Part shown: one piece after another, positions 1 through 8,066 of the stretch
How the letters are laid out: each line of letters opens with the position of its first letter
Position numbering within the stretch: position 1 is the first letter of the stretch
Source of the DNA: a virus
Taxonomy: Duplodnaviria > Heunggongvirae > Uroviricota > Caudoviricetes
Virus record (IMG/VR): IMGVR_UViG_3300000292_000047
Strand: one strand, 5' to 3'
DNA: 48,335 bases
The notes under the pieces: generated by a model
Told to the model about the DNA's origin: nothing
The model's database searches: none
What the model saw: only the letters and a program-made list of their open reading frames with translations
Translations under genes and position numbers: made by a program

Positions 1-118
1 ATCAGATTTCTCCGGTTTAACCAGGGCGGGTATCGCTCGGTTTCGGGTATAACCTTAGGAAATTTTTTCCCACCTGTAAAGCGCTTTTTATATAAATCTA
101 TAATTATATAATTCTATG
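1..118. repeat. Copy A of ~105-bp conserved promoter/5'-leader repeat (minus-strand sense); first 54 bp identical to window end
   Basis: Near-identical to 7517-7640 and 16999-17108; contains ccggagaaatctgATG (SD + start) in minus sense and AT-rich tatataaatctataattatata block. Confidence 0.8.
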
Positions 119-701
119 CCACTTGCCAGAGAGCATCATGCAACTGGATACCTCCATTGCACTGGTTGCCCCAGCCATGCCAACCATCAGGTAAATCACC
201 GCGAGCAAACAGCTCAATACGAGGAACATCACCTAACAGCCTTACCAGCTTGTCACGAACCACATCAGGCTTCCGAGAATGCTCCAGACGAGGCGATGTA
301 AACGACTGAATGATCCCCGCATCAAGGCGGGTCGGCAATTTGCCTTTTACCGCAAACAAGCAATCTTCACTGTTTGCACGAGTCATATGCCCCATCCCCA
401 TCACCAGCTTATCTGGTTGTCGGCTACCACATTTGTTCCATGTGAAGCCCTTCATGGTCATAAGCCTGAATCCCCATGCTTTCACCACCAGCAACGCTTC
501 TTCTGGCTGAGTCGGAACCCACCACATGGCCAACAAACACGATTCAGGATTAGCAAGCTGCCAGACAGGAATACGAGCAATATCCTCAGCTTTCATCGTT
601 GGATACTTAAAACCAGCTCCACGATTCCCATCCTTACACTTATCTTTGTATTCCCAGGGGGGATCTGCATAAATCAGATTAAACAATGCAATTGCCTCCA
701 T
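114..701 (-). CDS. MT-A70 family DNA N6-adenine methyltransferase
   Basis: 195 aa; N-terminal DPPW motif (LIYADPPWEY); ATG at 699-701 checked, GGAGG upstream. Confidence 0.7.
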   Translation of the reverse strand: MEAIALFNLIYADPPWEYKDKCKDGNRGAGFKYPTMKAEDIARIPVWQLANPESCLLAMWWVPTQPEEALLVVKAWGFRLMTMKGFTWNKCGSRQPDKLVMGMGHMTRANSEDCLFAVKGKLPTRLDAGIIQSFTSPRLEHSRKPDVVRDKLVRLLGDVPRIELFARGDLPDGWHGWGNQCNGGIQLHDALWQVA

Positions 702-1008
702 GTTAGTTGTGCCTCCGGCGCTTATCTCCGGCAGTCATAACGCTGACCAGCTCTACAGCAGACACAACGAAAAGGGCACTAACCAGACTGATTAATGCCC
801 TTGCCTGTTGTGTGCCGGATATCGCCCGACAACGCTGTTTTGGTAACACGGCTACAGTTCCGTGCCGCTCCAGCTTTTACCCCTTTGCGGATAACAGGCC
901 CTGCCTGTAACTTAGCCCCACGTTCGCCCGAAATGCGCACCAGGCACGCATAAAGATGAGCACGAAGAAGTAACTCCACCGCGCTTATCTTTATGTGTGA
1001 GGGTGAAT

Positions 1009-1084
1009 TGGTGGCCCCTACCGGATTTGAACCGATGACCGTGCGATTATGAGTCGCCTGCTCTAACCACTAAGCTAAGGGGCC
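1009..1084 (-). tRNA. tRNA with CAT anticodon (Met or Ile2), CCA encoded
   Basis: Minus-strand reading GGCCCCT..CTCATAA..GGTTCAAATCC..AGGGGCCACCA; 7-bp acceptor stem, T-arm ATCGG/CCGGT, anticodon loop CTCATAA. Confidence 0.8.
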
Positions 1085-1092
1085 ATATTTGA

Positions 1093-1168
1093 TTTGTTTG
1101 TCTGGTGTGGCGCCGCGCACGAAAATCCCAGCCAATAAATTCAGGATTTTTGGGCGCGGCGGCATATC
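1093..1168. other. Long near-perfect inverted repeat / extended hairpin next to the tRNA
   Basis: tgtttgtctg...gcgccgcgc...aaaatcc // ggatttt...gcgcggcgg...cagacaaaca; three nested stem segments. Confidence 0.6.
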
Positions 1169-1253
1169 AGACAAACATGGTTGATGCGTGCGCCCATGAG
1201 AAAAGCGCATAGAATGTTGTAACTATATATTTATATAATTATAGAAATATATA

Positions 1254-1463
1254 TTACTTTCGGCAGTTGATTTCCCATGCCCTGTTATGAGCCAGAATAT
1301 CTTTCTTTGTCTGGCGGTCCATAACATCGATGTCGTGATCAGTCAGGTAGATGGGCTTTACCCAATCACAGGCGGTATCAACCACCACCGGGACGCTTCC
1401 ACGACTCCCGCAGCTCGCGATCAACATCGTCATCAGCCATATGGTTAACACTCTGCTGTACAT
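1254..1463 (-). CDS. Rz1-like outer-membrane spanin lipoprotein (overlaps Rz-like gene)
   Basis: 69 aa; signal sequence with lipobox LIAS-C; overlaps 3' end of upstream ORF in another frame; last gene of lysis cassette. Confidence 0.5.
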   Translation of the reverse strand: MYSRVLTIWLMTMLIASCGSRGSVPVVVDTACDWVKPIYLTDHDIDVMDRQTKKDILAHNRAWEINCRK

Positions 1464-1656
1464 TCCCCGCCTCTTTTGTCACTTCTATACGCCGCTCCGC
1501 AGTGGCTTTTACGGCGGCTGCATTCTCATTAATGCGCTGCTTTTCAGCTTCATCTTCGGCCTTTTCTCGCCCCTTCATACGACCAAAACCAAACGCGCCG
1601 AATGCAACCAATATAATTGTGCCAATAAATGACAAAACGGCCTTCAAACCAGTCAT
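1378..1656 (-). CDS. Rz-like inner-membrane spanin
   Basis: 92 aa; N-terminal TM helix then charged coiled-coil-like region; ATGA start/stop overlap with endolysin. Confidence 0.55.
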   Translation of the reverse strand: MTGLKAVLSFIGTIILVAFGAFGFGRMKGREKAEDEAEKQRINENAAAVKATAERRIEVTKEAGNVQQSVNHMADDDVDRELRESWKRPGGG

Positions 1657-2195
1657 ACCACCACTCGCTCTTTCATCCAGCCGTAGACAAACGACTCATT
1701 CGCCTCGCGCTTCTCCGCCAACTCCAGATAGCGTTCGCCCTGCGTACAGTTCAGCGACGTCAGCATCACCCGTTCGCCGTCTTTTCCCCGATTCCCAAGA
1801 TAAGCACGCAGCGCATTAATGGTACGTGGACCGATTCGTCCATCTGCATCCAAATCGGGATACAGCTTCCCACGCAGATTGAACACATTCAGCCAGCGTT
1901 GAAGCATTTTGGACGCCACTGTTGGCCCCATATTCACACCGGTATCACACAGCTCTGCGGCAATATCAGAGGATAATGCGGCCACCTGATCAAAGCGTGG
2001 TCCGTACCAGTAATCAGCCTCAAGGATTTCTAGTGCCTGTTCGCGGGTTAAATCGCGCATATCGCCACGGTATCCATGAGCACGGGCAGTGTTCTGAGTA
2101 ATGCCCCACTTTGTTGGGCCTCCCTTGTCGTCAGGGTGATCCACATAGCCGCCCTCTTTTCCAAGAATGCTGTTAAAAATCTCATCTTTGGTCAT
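1653..2195 (-). CDS. Endolysin, GH108-type muramidase with peptidoglycan-binding domain
   Basis: 180 aa; EGGYVDHPDDKGGPTKWGIT motif typical of GH108 lysozymes. Confidence 0.8.
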   Translation of the reverse strand: MTKDEIFNSILGKEGGYVDHPDDKGGPTKWGITQNTARAHGYRGDMRDLTREQALEILEADYWYGPRFDQVAALSSDIAAELCDTGVNMGPTVASKMLQRWLNVFNLRGKLYPDLDADGRIGPRTINALRAYLGNRGKDGERVMLTSLNCTQGERYLELAEKREANESFVYGWMKERVVV

Positions 2196-2478
2196 GATTA
2201 AATCCTAATGCGTCAACTATCCGCGCCAGATTGCCCCTGAAATACAGAACAACGATGCAGATAATCAGATTTCCAATAACCACCAGCCAGTGGGATTCTT
2301 GATAAAGACCGAACACATAACGGAAGGGAACATTGGCGTATACAATGACGTAGATATAAGCCAGAAAGGAAACAAATGGACGATGCCTGGAGTCTTTCCG
2401 TCGATAAAGCATCAGCGCCATTACTATTACTGTGCAAAGCACCGCATTAATCAGTGCTGACGGGTCACTGCTTACCAT
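2182..2478 (-). CDS. Small multi-pass membrane protein, lysis-associated (holin/antiholin-like)
   Basis: Track start at 2514 is TTG; ATG at 2476-2478 has GGAGGGGG SD; about 3 hydrophobic helices. Confidence 0.45.
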   Translation of the reverse strand: MVSSDPSALINAVLCTVIVMALMLYRRKDSRHRPFVSFLAYIYVIVYANVPFRYVFGLYQESHWLVVIGNLIICIVVLYFRGNLARIVDALGFNHDQR

Positions 2479-2860
2479 TTGAACCCCCTCCACGTAAGCG
2501 GGAAAGTATTCCAAAGATGCTACCGAGATCCTGGCTGTTTACGAACGTGAGGATTTTAATTGTCAATGCAGCCACAATAACCGCACCAAGCGCATCAAGA
2601 GGTCGATCGTTGTAGCTGGTCCATTTGGCAAGAAATGAGCCAACTAACGGCGCTCCAATCACTCCAACAATGAACGATGTAAAGAAATAGCCAATCAGCT
2701 TGAGACGGCTAATATTCACCGCTGTAGCAACATAGAAAACAGCGCCAGCAAATGCCCCGAATACAACGCCGTAATCAATACCAGTTGCAATACCAAAAAC
2801 GCTGGCACCCATCAGGCCACCAGCAGCAACGGCCGTACCGGAAATTGGTTCTGCTGACAT
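2465..2860 (-). CDS. Holin-like membrane protein
   Basis: 131 aa; multiple Gly/Ala-rich TM helices; GAGGA SD; first gene of lysis cassette. Confidence 0.5.
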   Translation of the reverse strand: MSAEPISGTAVAAGGLMGASVFGIATGIDYGVVFGAFAGAVFYVATAVNISRLKLIGYFFTSFIVGVIGAPLVGSFLAKWTSYNDRPLDALGAVIVAALTIKILTFVNSQDLGSIFGILSRLRGGGSNGKQ

Positions 2861-2873
2861 TGAAATCCTCGTT

Positions 2874-2906
2874 AAAAAAAAAGCCCCGCCGAAAAAGGCA
2901 GGGCTT
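2874..2906 (-). terminator. Candidate intrinsic terminator (hairpin + U-run on minus strand)
   Basis: agccccgcc-gaaaaa-ggcagggct hairpin followed on minus strand by T-run (plus-strand A9). Confidence 0.5.
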
Positions 2907-3050
2907 CATAAAGCAACAAATTACGCGGTAATCGCTTAACGCAGTTTTACTACGTTAAATGAAACACTACACCCAGTTACCACCTAAAACAAGGTTTCCC
3001 CATAAAAAAACCTTCAAAATGTGGTTAATCGATCAATAAAAAAACAATAC

Positions 3051-3326
3051 TCACAGTAGTGCAGAAAAGAATAGCGGCTTAACTGCTTTCCTCACCTCAC
3101 TAGCGTACATCCCCGCAGCTATCTCAGTTGTGAACAAACGCCCTCCAACTAGCCATGCAACAGGTGCAGATGCCAGGGATGCCAGTGCAATTTCATCTGT
3201 AGCAAGCTCTCTTTCAAGATATTCACGAAATCCGGGGTTAATAGTTACCGTATCCAACATTCTCTGGCGCGCTTCCTTACGTTCACGAATATGGGCAATC
3301 AATTGCTCTTTGGTAAAAGTAGCCAT
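3051..3326 (-). CDS. Hypothetical protein, member of tandem paralogous family
   Basis: Internal ATG at 3324-3326 gives MATFTKEQLI N-terminus shared with 3328-3741 and 4017-4466; IALASL motif. Confidence 0.45.
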   Translation of the reverse strand: MATFTKEQLIAHIRERKEARQRMLDTVTINPGFREYLERELATDEIALASLASAPVAWLVGGRLFTTEIAAGMYASEVRKAVKPLFFSALL

Positions 3327-3327
3327 A

Positions 3328-3741
3328 TCACTTCCCTTTCCCCTGAAGCATGGCGGCGCGGCAGGCATTCCAGCCTGTAGCGTATGCAGCCGCTTTGCTG
3401 CTGCCTTCAACTGGCGCATCCTGCCAATACATTTCTTCCGGCACTACCGGCGCTGGCAAGGCAGCGTGATAGTAGAGTGGCATAGTTTTGTACAGTGGTT
3501 CGCCAGGACTTCCGTCAACCTGATTCCATTCTTCAACCCAGGCATCAACAACCGCTTTGCTGGTTGATACATGTTCTTCTGAATCTACATTTTGTCCTGA
3601 TATACAGAACATAACTGCCTCTGCTTCCAGCGATGCCAGAGCAATTTCATAAGCCCGACGCTCAATATTGTCTCGGACGTCCAGGCTGCCTATGCGCTCT
3701 TTGATTTCTTTAATCAGTTCTTTGTCGGTAAAAGTAGTCAT
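3328..3741 (-). CDS. Hypothetical protein, paralogous family member
   Basis: 137 aa; MTTFTDKELI N-terminus, IALASLEAEAV motif, Pro-rich C-terminal region similar to 4017-4466. Confidence 0.5.
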   Translation of the reverse strand: MTTFTDKELIKEIKERIGSLDVRDNIERRAYEIALASLEAEAVMFCISGQNVDSEEHVSTSKAVVDAWVEEWNQVDGSPGEPLYKTMPLYYHAALPAPVVPEEMYWQDAPVEGSSKAAAYATGWNACRAAMLQGKGK

Positions 3742-3751
3742 GTGTTAGTCC

Positions 3752-4015
3752 TTATCCTGCTGTGCTTTCAACTGATGAGGGGAACAAAATCTTTTCATCA
3801 AACCCTGCATTCATATCATGGACAGCAACACACCAATCCATTGACGAACGATTATCAAGAGCCTCCATGATTTCATCCATGCGGCGCAGGTCATACAGGT
3901 AAATGCTTTTATCGCCAATGGTGTAAAAACCAATTTTTTTCGGTGATGGGCAGCGATCAAGAACGTCCTGTAATTCGTTCAACCATGCCCGTTCTTTTTT
4001 TGTTAAAGTTGCCAT
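3752..4015 (-). CDS. Hypothetical protein (shares MATLTKKE N-terminal motif)
   Basis: 87 aa ORF; start context gccatatcactctcctttga shared with neighbours. Confidence 0.45.
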   Translation of the reverse strand: MATLTKKERAWLNELQDVLDRCPSPKKIGFYTIGDKSIYLYDLRRMDEIMEALDNRSSMDWCVAVHDMNAGFDEKILFPSSVESTAG

Positions 4016-4016
4016 A

Positions 4017-4466
4017 TCACTCTCCTTTGATGCGAATGTTTACAGCCTGACAAGCCTCTTCGAGAACCCAGTCAACAGCGTCTTTCCATGCTCCGGTTTC
4101 GACTGGCGGATTTTCACGCTTAACCTGTTCATAGAAGCGCACTGCTTTAATCAATCCTTCTGGTATCAGTGGCACAGGCGGGGGAGTGAATAACGCCTGA
4201 ATTTCATAGCTCGGCCTGTCGTTGCAATCCTCTTTTGTCGGTACATATTTCCAGTCACCAACCCACGGCTCCCCCTGAGAGTCCGTAACGCCTTTTTTCA
4301 CGTAGCGATATCGCCACGCGACTGGCTCTGCTTCCAACGATGCCAGTGCGATACGAAACACATTGGCAAGCAGACTGCTTGAAGATTGGTTATCGTGCGC
4401 CGGGTCGCTCAGGAAGCCTGTGATGAATGATTTAATCTCCGCACGTTCTTTGGTAATAGTGGTCAT
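4017..4466 (-). CDS. Hypothetical protein, paralogous family member
   Basis: 149 aa; MTTITKERAEI, IALASLEAEPVAW motifs. Confidence 0.5.
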   Translation of the reverse strand: MTTITKERAEIKSFITGFLSDPAHDNQSSSSLLANVFRIALASLEAEPVAWRYRYVKKGVTDSQGEPWVGDWKYVPTKEDCNDRPSYEIQALFTPPPVPLIPEGLIKAVRFYEQVKRENPPVETGAWKDAVDWVLEEACQAVNIRIKGE

Positions 4467-4672
4467 TTATTAATCCTCAAAACTTTATGCCCGGGCGCAA
4501 AAGCACGCGTTTTGTCTTTGCTTATTCGCCAGCCATCCTTGCGCGCCTCTTTTGCACAGCCTGCCCATGACGTACCGATATACTCACCGAAGTCTGGCGA
4601 CTGATATTTACCATTTGTACACTGACGACAATCACAGTAGAGATGCATGGTGTAACTTGCGGCAACAGCCAT
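4463..4672 (-). CDS. Small Cys-rich hypothetical protein
   Basis: ATG at 4670-4672 with AGGAGA SD; 69 aa, HLYCDCRQC...AGC pattern. Confidence 0.4.
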   Translation of the reverse strand: MAVAASYTMHLYCDCRQCTNGKYQSPDFGEYIGTSWAGCAKEARKDGWRISKDKTRAFAPGHKVLRINK

Positions 4673-4673
4673 A

Positions 4674-4865
4674 TCACTCTCCTTTAGTACGCAAGTGGTT
4701 TTTCCAGCGGTTTTGCGCCGCGCTGCGCTTATCTTTGACTCCCTCTCTGGCAATTCCAGAAAATGAAAACAACACCACACGGCGATTGCTAACTCTCAAC
4801 CACTGGCTGGGGTAGCAAAGTCTGTATACACGGGAAATAAGCATCTTTGCTTTACGGTTTTTCAT
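4674..4865 (-). CDS. Small basic hypothetical protein
   Basis: ATG at 4863-4865 with GGGGG SD; stop forms TGATATG junction with next gene. Confidence 0.3.
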   Translation of the reverse strand: MKNRKAKMLISRVYRLCYPSQWLRVSNRRVVLFSFSGIAREGVKDKRSAAQNRWKNHLRTKGE

Positions 4866-5101
4866 CGTTTGCCCCCTGCTTTTCTGCCCTTAACACCATG
4901 CGAGAACCATCATCCAGCTCCCAATTGATTTCACCGCCTTCTGCCATGACAAGATGCCAAACGAGTTGTGCGGCCTCGTTGGTTACATCACAACCGCGAT
5001 CATTGCCTACACGGCGTTTTGTTCCGTCACCTAAATCGCGCATTTTGGCCAACACGATGGTTTTTGATAGCGGTGAAAAACCAAGCTGTAGCCGTGCGGA
5101 A

Positions 5102-5731
5102 TTACTCACTGGTTGCCCCCTGAATACGTTTAAACTCAATTACCCATACCCACGGGTTAGATAGCCAGTTCTCTTGCCCGTAAATACCGCGCCAGATATC
5201 ACCAAAGCCAACGCGATAAACAGCTTCCGGCGGTGTAATCTTGTACGTCGCCGGAGATGCGCCTTCCGCTTTAGCATCTGCCTCGCTCATGTCATGCAGC
5301 CGTTCCACACGCACGTCGGTAATTTCCAGCAAAATACGTGAAGCCCAGCGCGGCATGTGAATCGACGGGGTCCAGCCCTCAGCTGGCTTGCTACTATCTG
5401 AGTAATCAGCCTTGTAATCACACAGTTCAGAAGCCAGAGAGACACCATCTTTGATTTCCTGAATGACATCGTTATCCAGCCAAAAAGCGTTGAATGTTTC
5501 ACGGACCCATATGCGATCACCAACGTTACCGAACGGGCATAAACCATGTTCCGGTGCATCCATAACGTGGGTATAGACACCATTGCGTTTCTTTGTCGGT
5601 TTACGGATAACCAGGCAGTTATCGGCCCTGACATTTTTTACAGGTCGACGAGTCTGCGTCTTCCTGCCTTCGAGGATGGCCCTGACCATCGCATCATTAA
5701 AAATCATGCCGCGCTCTTTCATCTTGCTCAC
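5102..5731 (-). CDS. Hypothetical protein, ASCH-like (start uncertain: GTG 5731 / ATG 5722 / ATG 5707)
   Basis: MIFNDAMVRAILEGRKTQTRR and GDRIWVRETF motifs recalled from ASCH-domain proteins. Confidence 0.45.
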   Translation of the reverse strand: MSKMKERGMIFNDAMVRAILEGRKTQTRRPVKNVRADNCLVIRKPTKKRNGVYTHVMDAPEHGLCPFGNVGDRIWVRETFNAFWLDNDVIQEIKDGVSLASELCDYKADYSDSSKPAEGWTPSIHMPRWASRILLEITDVRVERLHDMSEADAKAEGASPATYKITPPEAVYRVGFGDIWRGIYGQENWLSNPWVWVIEFKRIQGATSE

Positions 5732-6093
5732 TTCAACTCCTCCCGACGACGTTCCTGAAGCTCTAGCATTGCGGCTCGGAAATCCTGCCACCATTCCTCA
5801 TCGGCTACTGGGGTGTTCCGCTCCAGCACCTTGTCCGCATCGGCGATCAGGTTTGCCAGACTCTTGTCTGAAATCTTCGTTACCGGAGTCGTTGGTTGCT
5901 CAACCTGCCCGATAGGTTTTATCGTGCTCAAAAGGAGGCGACGGCGGGAAAGTGGTGCCCCACAACGACGGCCATCTTCCTTGCGATATGTTTCTTTCGG
6001 ACCAACACACCAGGTTGTCGGCGTCTCGCGCAACTTCACTTTTTTCTCACCATCATTGGTAATGATTATTCCGGTATGTGTTTTGATGCTCAT
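5728..6093 (-). CDS. Hypothetical protein
   Basis: 121 aa; ATG 6091-6093; ATGA overlap with upstream gene. Confidence 0.45.
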   Translation of the reverse strand: MSIKTHTGIIITNDGEKKVKLRETPTTWCVGPKETYRKEDGRRCGAPLSRRRLLLSTIKPIGQVEQPTTPVTKISDKSLANLIADADKVLERNTPVADEEWWQDFRAAMLELQERRREELK

Positions 6094-6371
6094 GCCACAG
6101 CCCCTCTCAACGGCTTAACTTTGGCTAATAAGGTGTTAAACAACATGGAGTTAGGATTCATGCCAAATGGCAATTCCGGTTTAGCGGAGTAGTACAGGCA
6201 ACCATTTATTTTCCTGGTTGTTATCTGTCCTTCGGCAACCATGCTTCTCAGTCTGCAACGCATAGAGTTCTGCGACACACCAATGTGCTCCGCGATTACG
6301 TCCACTTTTGAACATGGGTGATCGGTCAGGAAATTAATCACATCTTGGGGGTTAATAATTTTGCGTTTCAT
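6090..6371 (-). CDS. Putative winged-helix DNA-binding protein
   Basis: 93 aa from ATG 6369-6371; HTH-like segment VDVIAEHIGVSQNSMRCRLRSMVAEGQI. Confidence 0.4.
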   Translation of the reverse strand: MKRKIINPQDVINFLTDHPCSKVDVIAEHIGVSQNSMRCRLRSMVAEGQITTRKINGCLYYSAKPELPFGMNPNSMLFNTLLAKVKPLRGAVA

Positions 6372-6416
6372 TGTCGAGGCGTCCTTATACATTTATATAA
6401 ATATATAATTCTATAT

Positions 6417-6438
6417 ACGGCGGGAGACATCCCGCCGT
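6417..6438 (-). terminator. Hairpin downstream of 6449-7516 gene (candidate terminator)
   Basis: acggcggga-gaca-tcccgccgt, 9-bp stem, followed on minus strand by AT-rich tract. Confidence 0.45.
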
Positions 6439-6448
6439 AGGCTTACTG

Positions 6449-7516
6449 TCAGGCTTTCAATAGCGATTCTTTCAGATATCGGGCATCAGCCAGGGCGTTT
6501 GGCGTAATCTTGCGAACCCATGCATTACGGGTTGGACTCCACTTAAAGGCGCGTGATTTAAGCAGCGAACGAATGTTTGCCTCTGGTTTGCCAGGGAAAT
6601 AAAACAGGATGCGGTTATCCTCTGGATCTATCTCCATAGAAAAGCCGTCGTATTCTTCGCGCTGTGCTCCTGTTACAGACTTGACCGATTCAAGCTCCTT
6701 AATACGGCTCTGTAGTCGTTTGATTTCGGCGTTATTGTTGCTCAGTGCGTATGAAGGGAATCCGATGCGCCCACAGAAATCTCCGGCCAGTAACTCTTTG
6801 GCTTCGCTTTCTGTAAACCTGAGATCGATTAATGCAGAAAGCTGCTGTATTTGGTCTTTTTTGTATTTGCGAATGGCCTTATTTGCGGCCTTCATTTTGA
6901 CGTGTGACTTCATGCAGCCTTGCAGCTTACGAAGCAACTTAAATAGCGCATCAGGATCATCAGACGAAATTCCATTACGACCAACACCTGCGGCTTTGCT
7001 CTCGTAGTGTGATGCTTTACTTTCGCATTCAACAAACGCTTTTCTGAATAACGCATCAGCTTTAGACAAACGGCGGCGATGGCCTTTCGCGCTATAATGG
7101 TCAACTAAAATCGGCTGGCCTAACGGGATCACATCCAACAGGTCATGCGCTCGCTTATGCGCTACCGCACCTTCTTTTCTGGCTTTTTCTGCACGAGCAA
7201 TATATCGGGCAAGACGCGCGTTCTGGCGTTCCTGATAGGTGTTTACGTAATCATCTCCGCGCTGCTGCTGTTCAAGCCATGCTTTGCGCAGATCTTCTGT
7301 TACGTCCACCAGCTCCGCAGGGATACAACCAGTTTGGGCTTCATAAGAGTAACCATCCTCATAGATACGCCCATCGTCTTCAACAAAGAAAAAGGTTTCG
7401 TGCTCATCGCTTTTGACCATACGACCATTAACATGGCGTAATAGGTAGCCAGTATCAGTGCTTAACAGGCTGTTAGGGTTGTTGATCCAGTCAGAAATAA
7501 TTACTTGTTTATTCAT
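6449..7516 (-). CDS. Conserved hypothetical protein driven by leader copy B (possibly DUF3560-like)
   Basis: 355 aa from ATG 7514-7516 (MNKQVIISDW) immediately after leader SD ccggagaaatctg; family assignment from memory only. Confidence 0.55.
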   Translation of the reverse strand: MNKQVIISDWINNPNSLLSTDTGYLLRHVNGRMVKSDEHETFFFVEDDGRIYEDGYSYEAQTGCIPAELVDVTEDLRKAWLEQQQRGDDYVNTYQERQNARLARYIARAEKARKEGAVAHKRAHDLLDVIPLGQPILVDHYSAKGHRRRLSKADALFRKAFVECESKASHYESKAAGVGRNGISSDDPDALFKLLRKLQGCMKSHVKMKAANKAIRKYKKDQIQQLSALIDLRFTESEAKELLAGDFCGRIGFPSYALSNNNAEIKRLQSRIKELESVKSVTGAQREEYDGFSMEIDPEDNRILFYFPGKPEANIRSLLKSRAFKWSPTRNAWVRKITPNALADARYLKESLLKA

Positions 7517-7640
7517 CAGATTTCTCCGGTTTAACCAGGGCGGGTATCGCTCGGTTTCGGGTATAACCATAGGAAATTTTTTCCCACCTGTAAAGCACTT
7601 TTTATATAAATCTATAATTATATATTTATAGATTTTCGAT
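7517..7640. repeat. Copy B of ~105-bp promoter/5'-leader repeat
   Basis: Near-identical to 1-118 and 16999-17108. Confidence 0.85.
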
Positions 7641-7685
7641 GTTCCCGATGTCTACACACCATCAAAACAGCTCAAAATGACACTT

Positions 7686-8063
7686 TTACTCTCTTCGCTT
7701 TTTCAAATAGTCGACAACATACGCCCTGGCTTTTGCCAGCTTCCGGCGATACTGTCTGAGGCTAAGAGAAAGGGCGTGGGCTTTATCAATATGCGGTGCA
7801 TTTATGTCGAGGCCCCGAATCTCCCACGCCCCGTATTCAATTCGGACAACCAGCGCCGCAGTCTCATCAACTACCGTGAGGGCCGTCACCGCTCCCTCTA
7901 TACTGGTTTCCAGTGAGTCATTTGGTGCGCCGCCCCCTCCGGTAAACTGGCAGCGCGTAACCATCATCATTTCTAACATCGACGCGAAACCGCTACGGGC
8001 GTTGCAGCCATTGCGCACCCACAGCGCCCATAGCTCAAACAAGCTATCCAGATCGCGTCTCAC
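7686..8063 (-). CDS. Hypothetical protein; possible Q-like antiterminator (weak)
   Basis: 125 aa, GTG start; LFELWALW motif loosely resembles Q-family N-termini; sits immediately upstream of leader copy B. Confidence 0.3.
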   Translation of the reverse strand: MRRDLDSLFELWALWVRNGCNARSGFASMLEMMMVTRCQFTGGGGAPNDSLETSIEGAVTALTVVDETAALVVRIEYGAWEIRGLDINAPHIDKAHALSLSLRQYRRKLAKARAYVVDYLKKRRE

Positions 8064-8066
8064 TGT

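Noticed and set aside
702-1008. ORFs 707-910 (+) and 779-979 (-) between the methyltransferase and the tRNA
   Set aside because: No SD, mutually overlapping; region probably carries the methyltransferase promoter and tRNA flanks.
4852-5139. ORF 4852-5139 (-)
   Set aside because: Track start is TTG; the internal ATG at 5041-5043 lacks an SD and the ORF overlaps both neighbours. Left unannotated, although the 4866-5101 interval may contain a real small gene.
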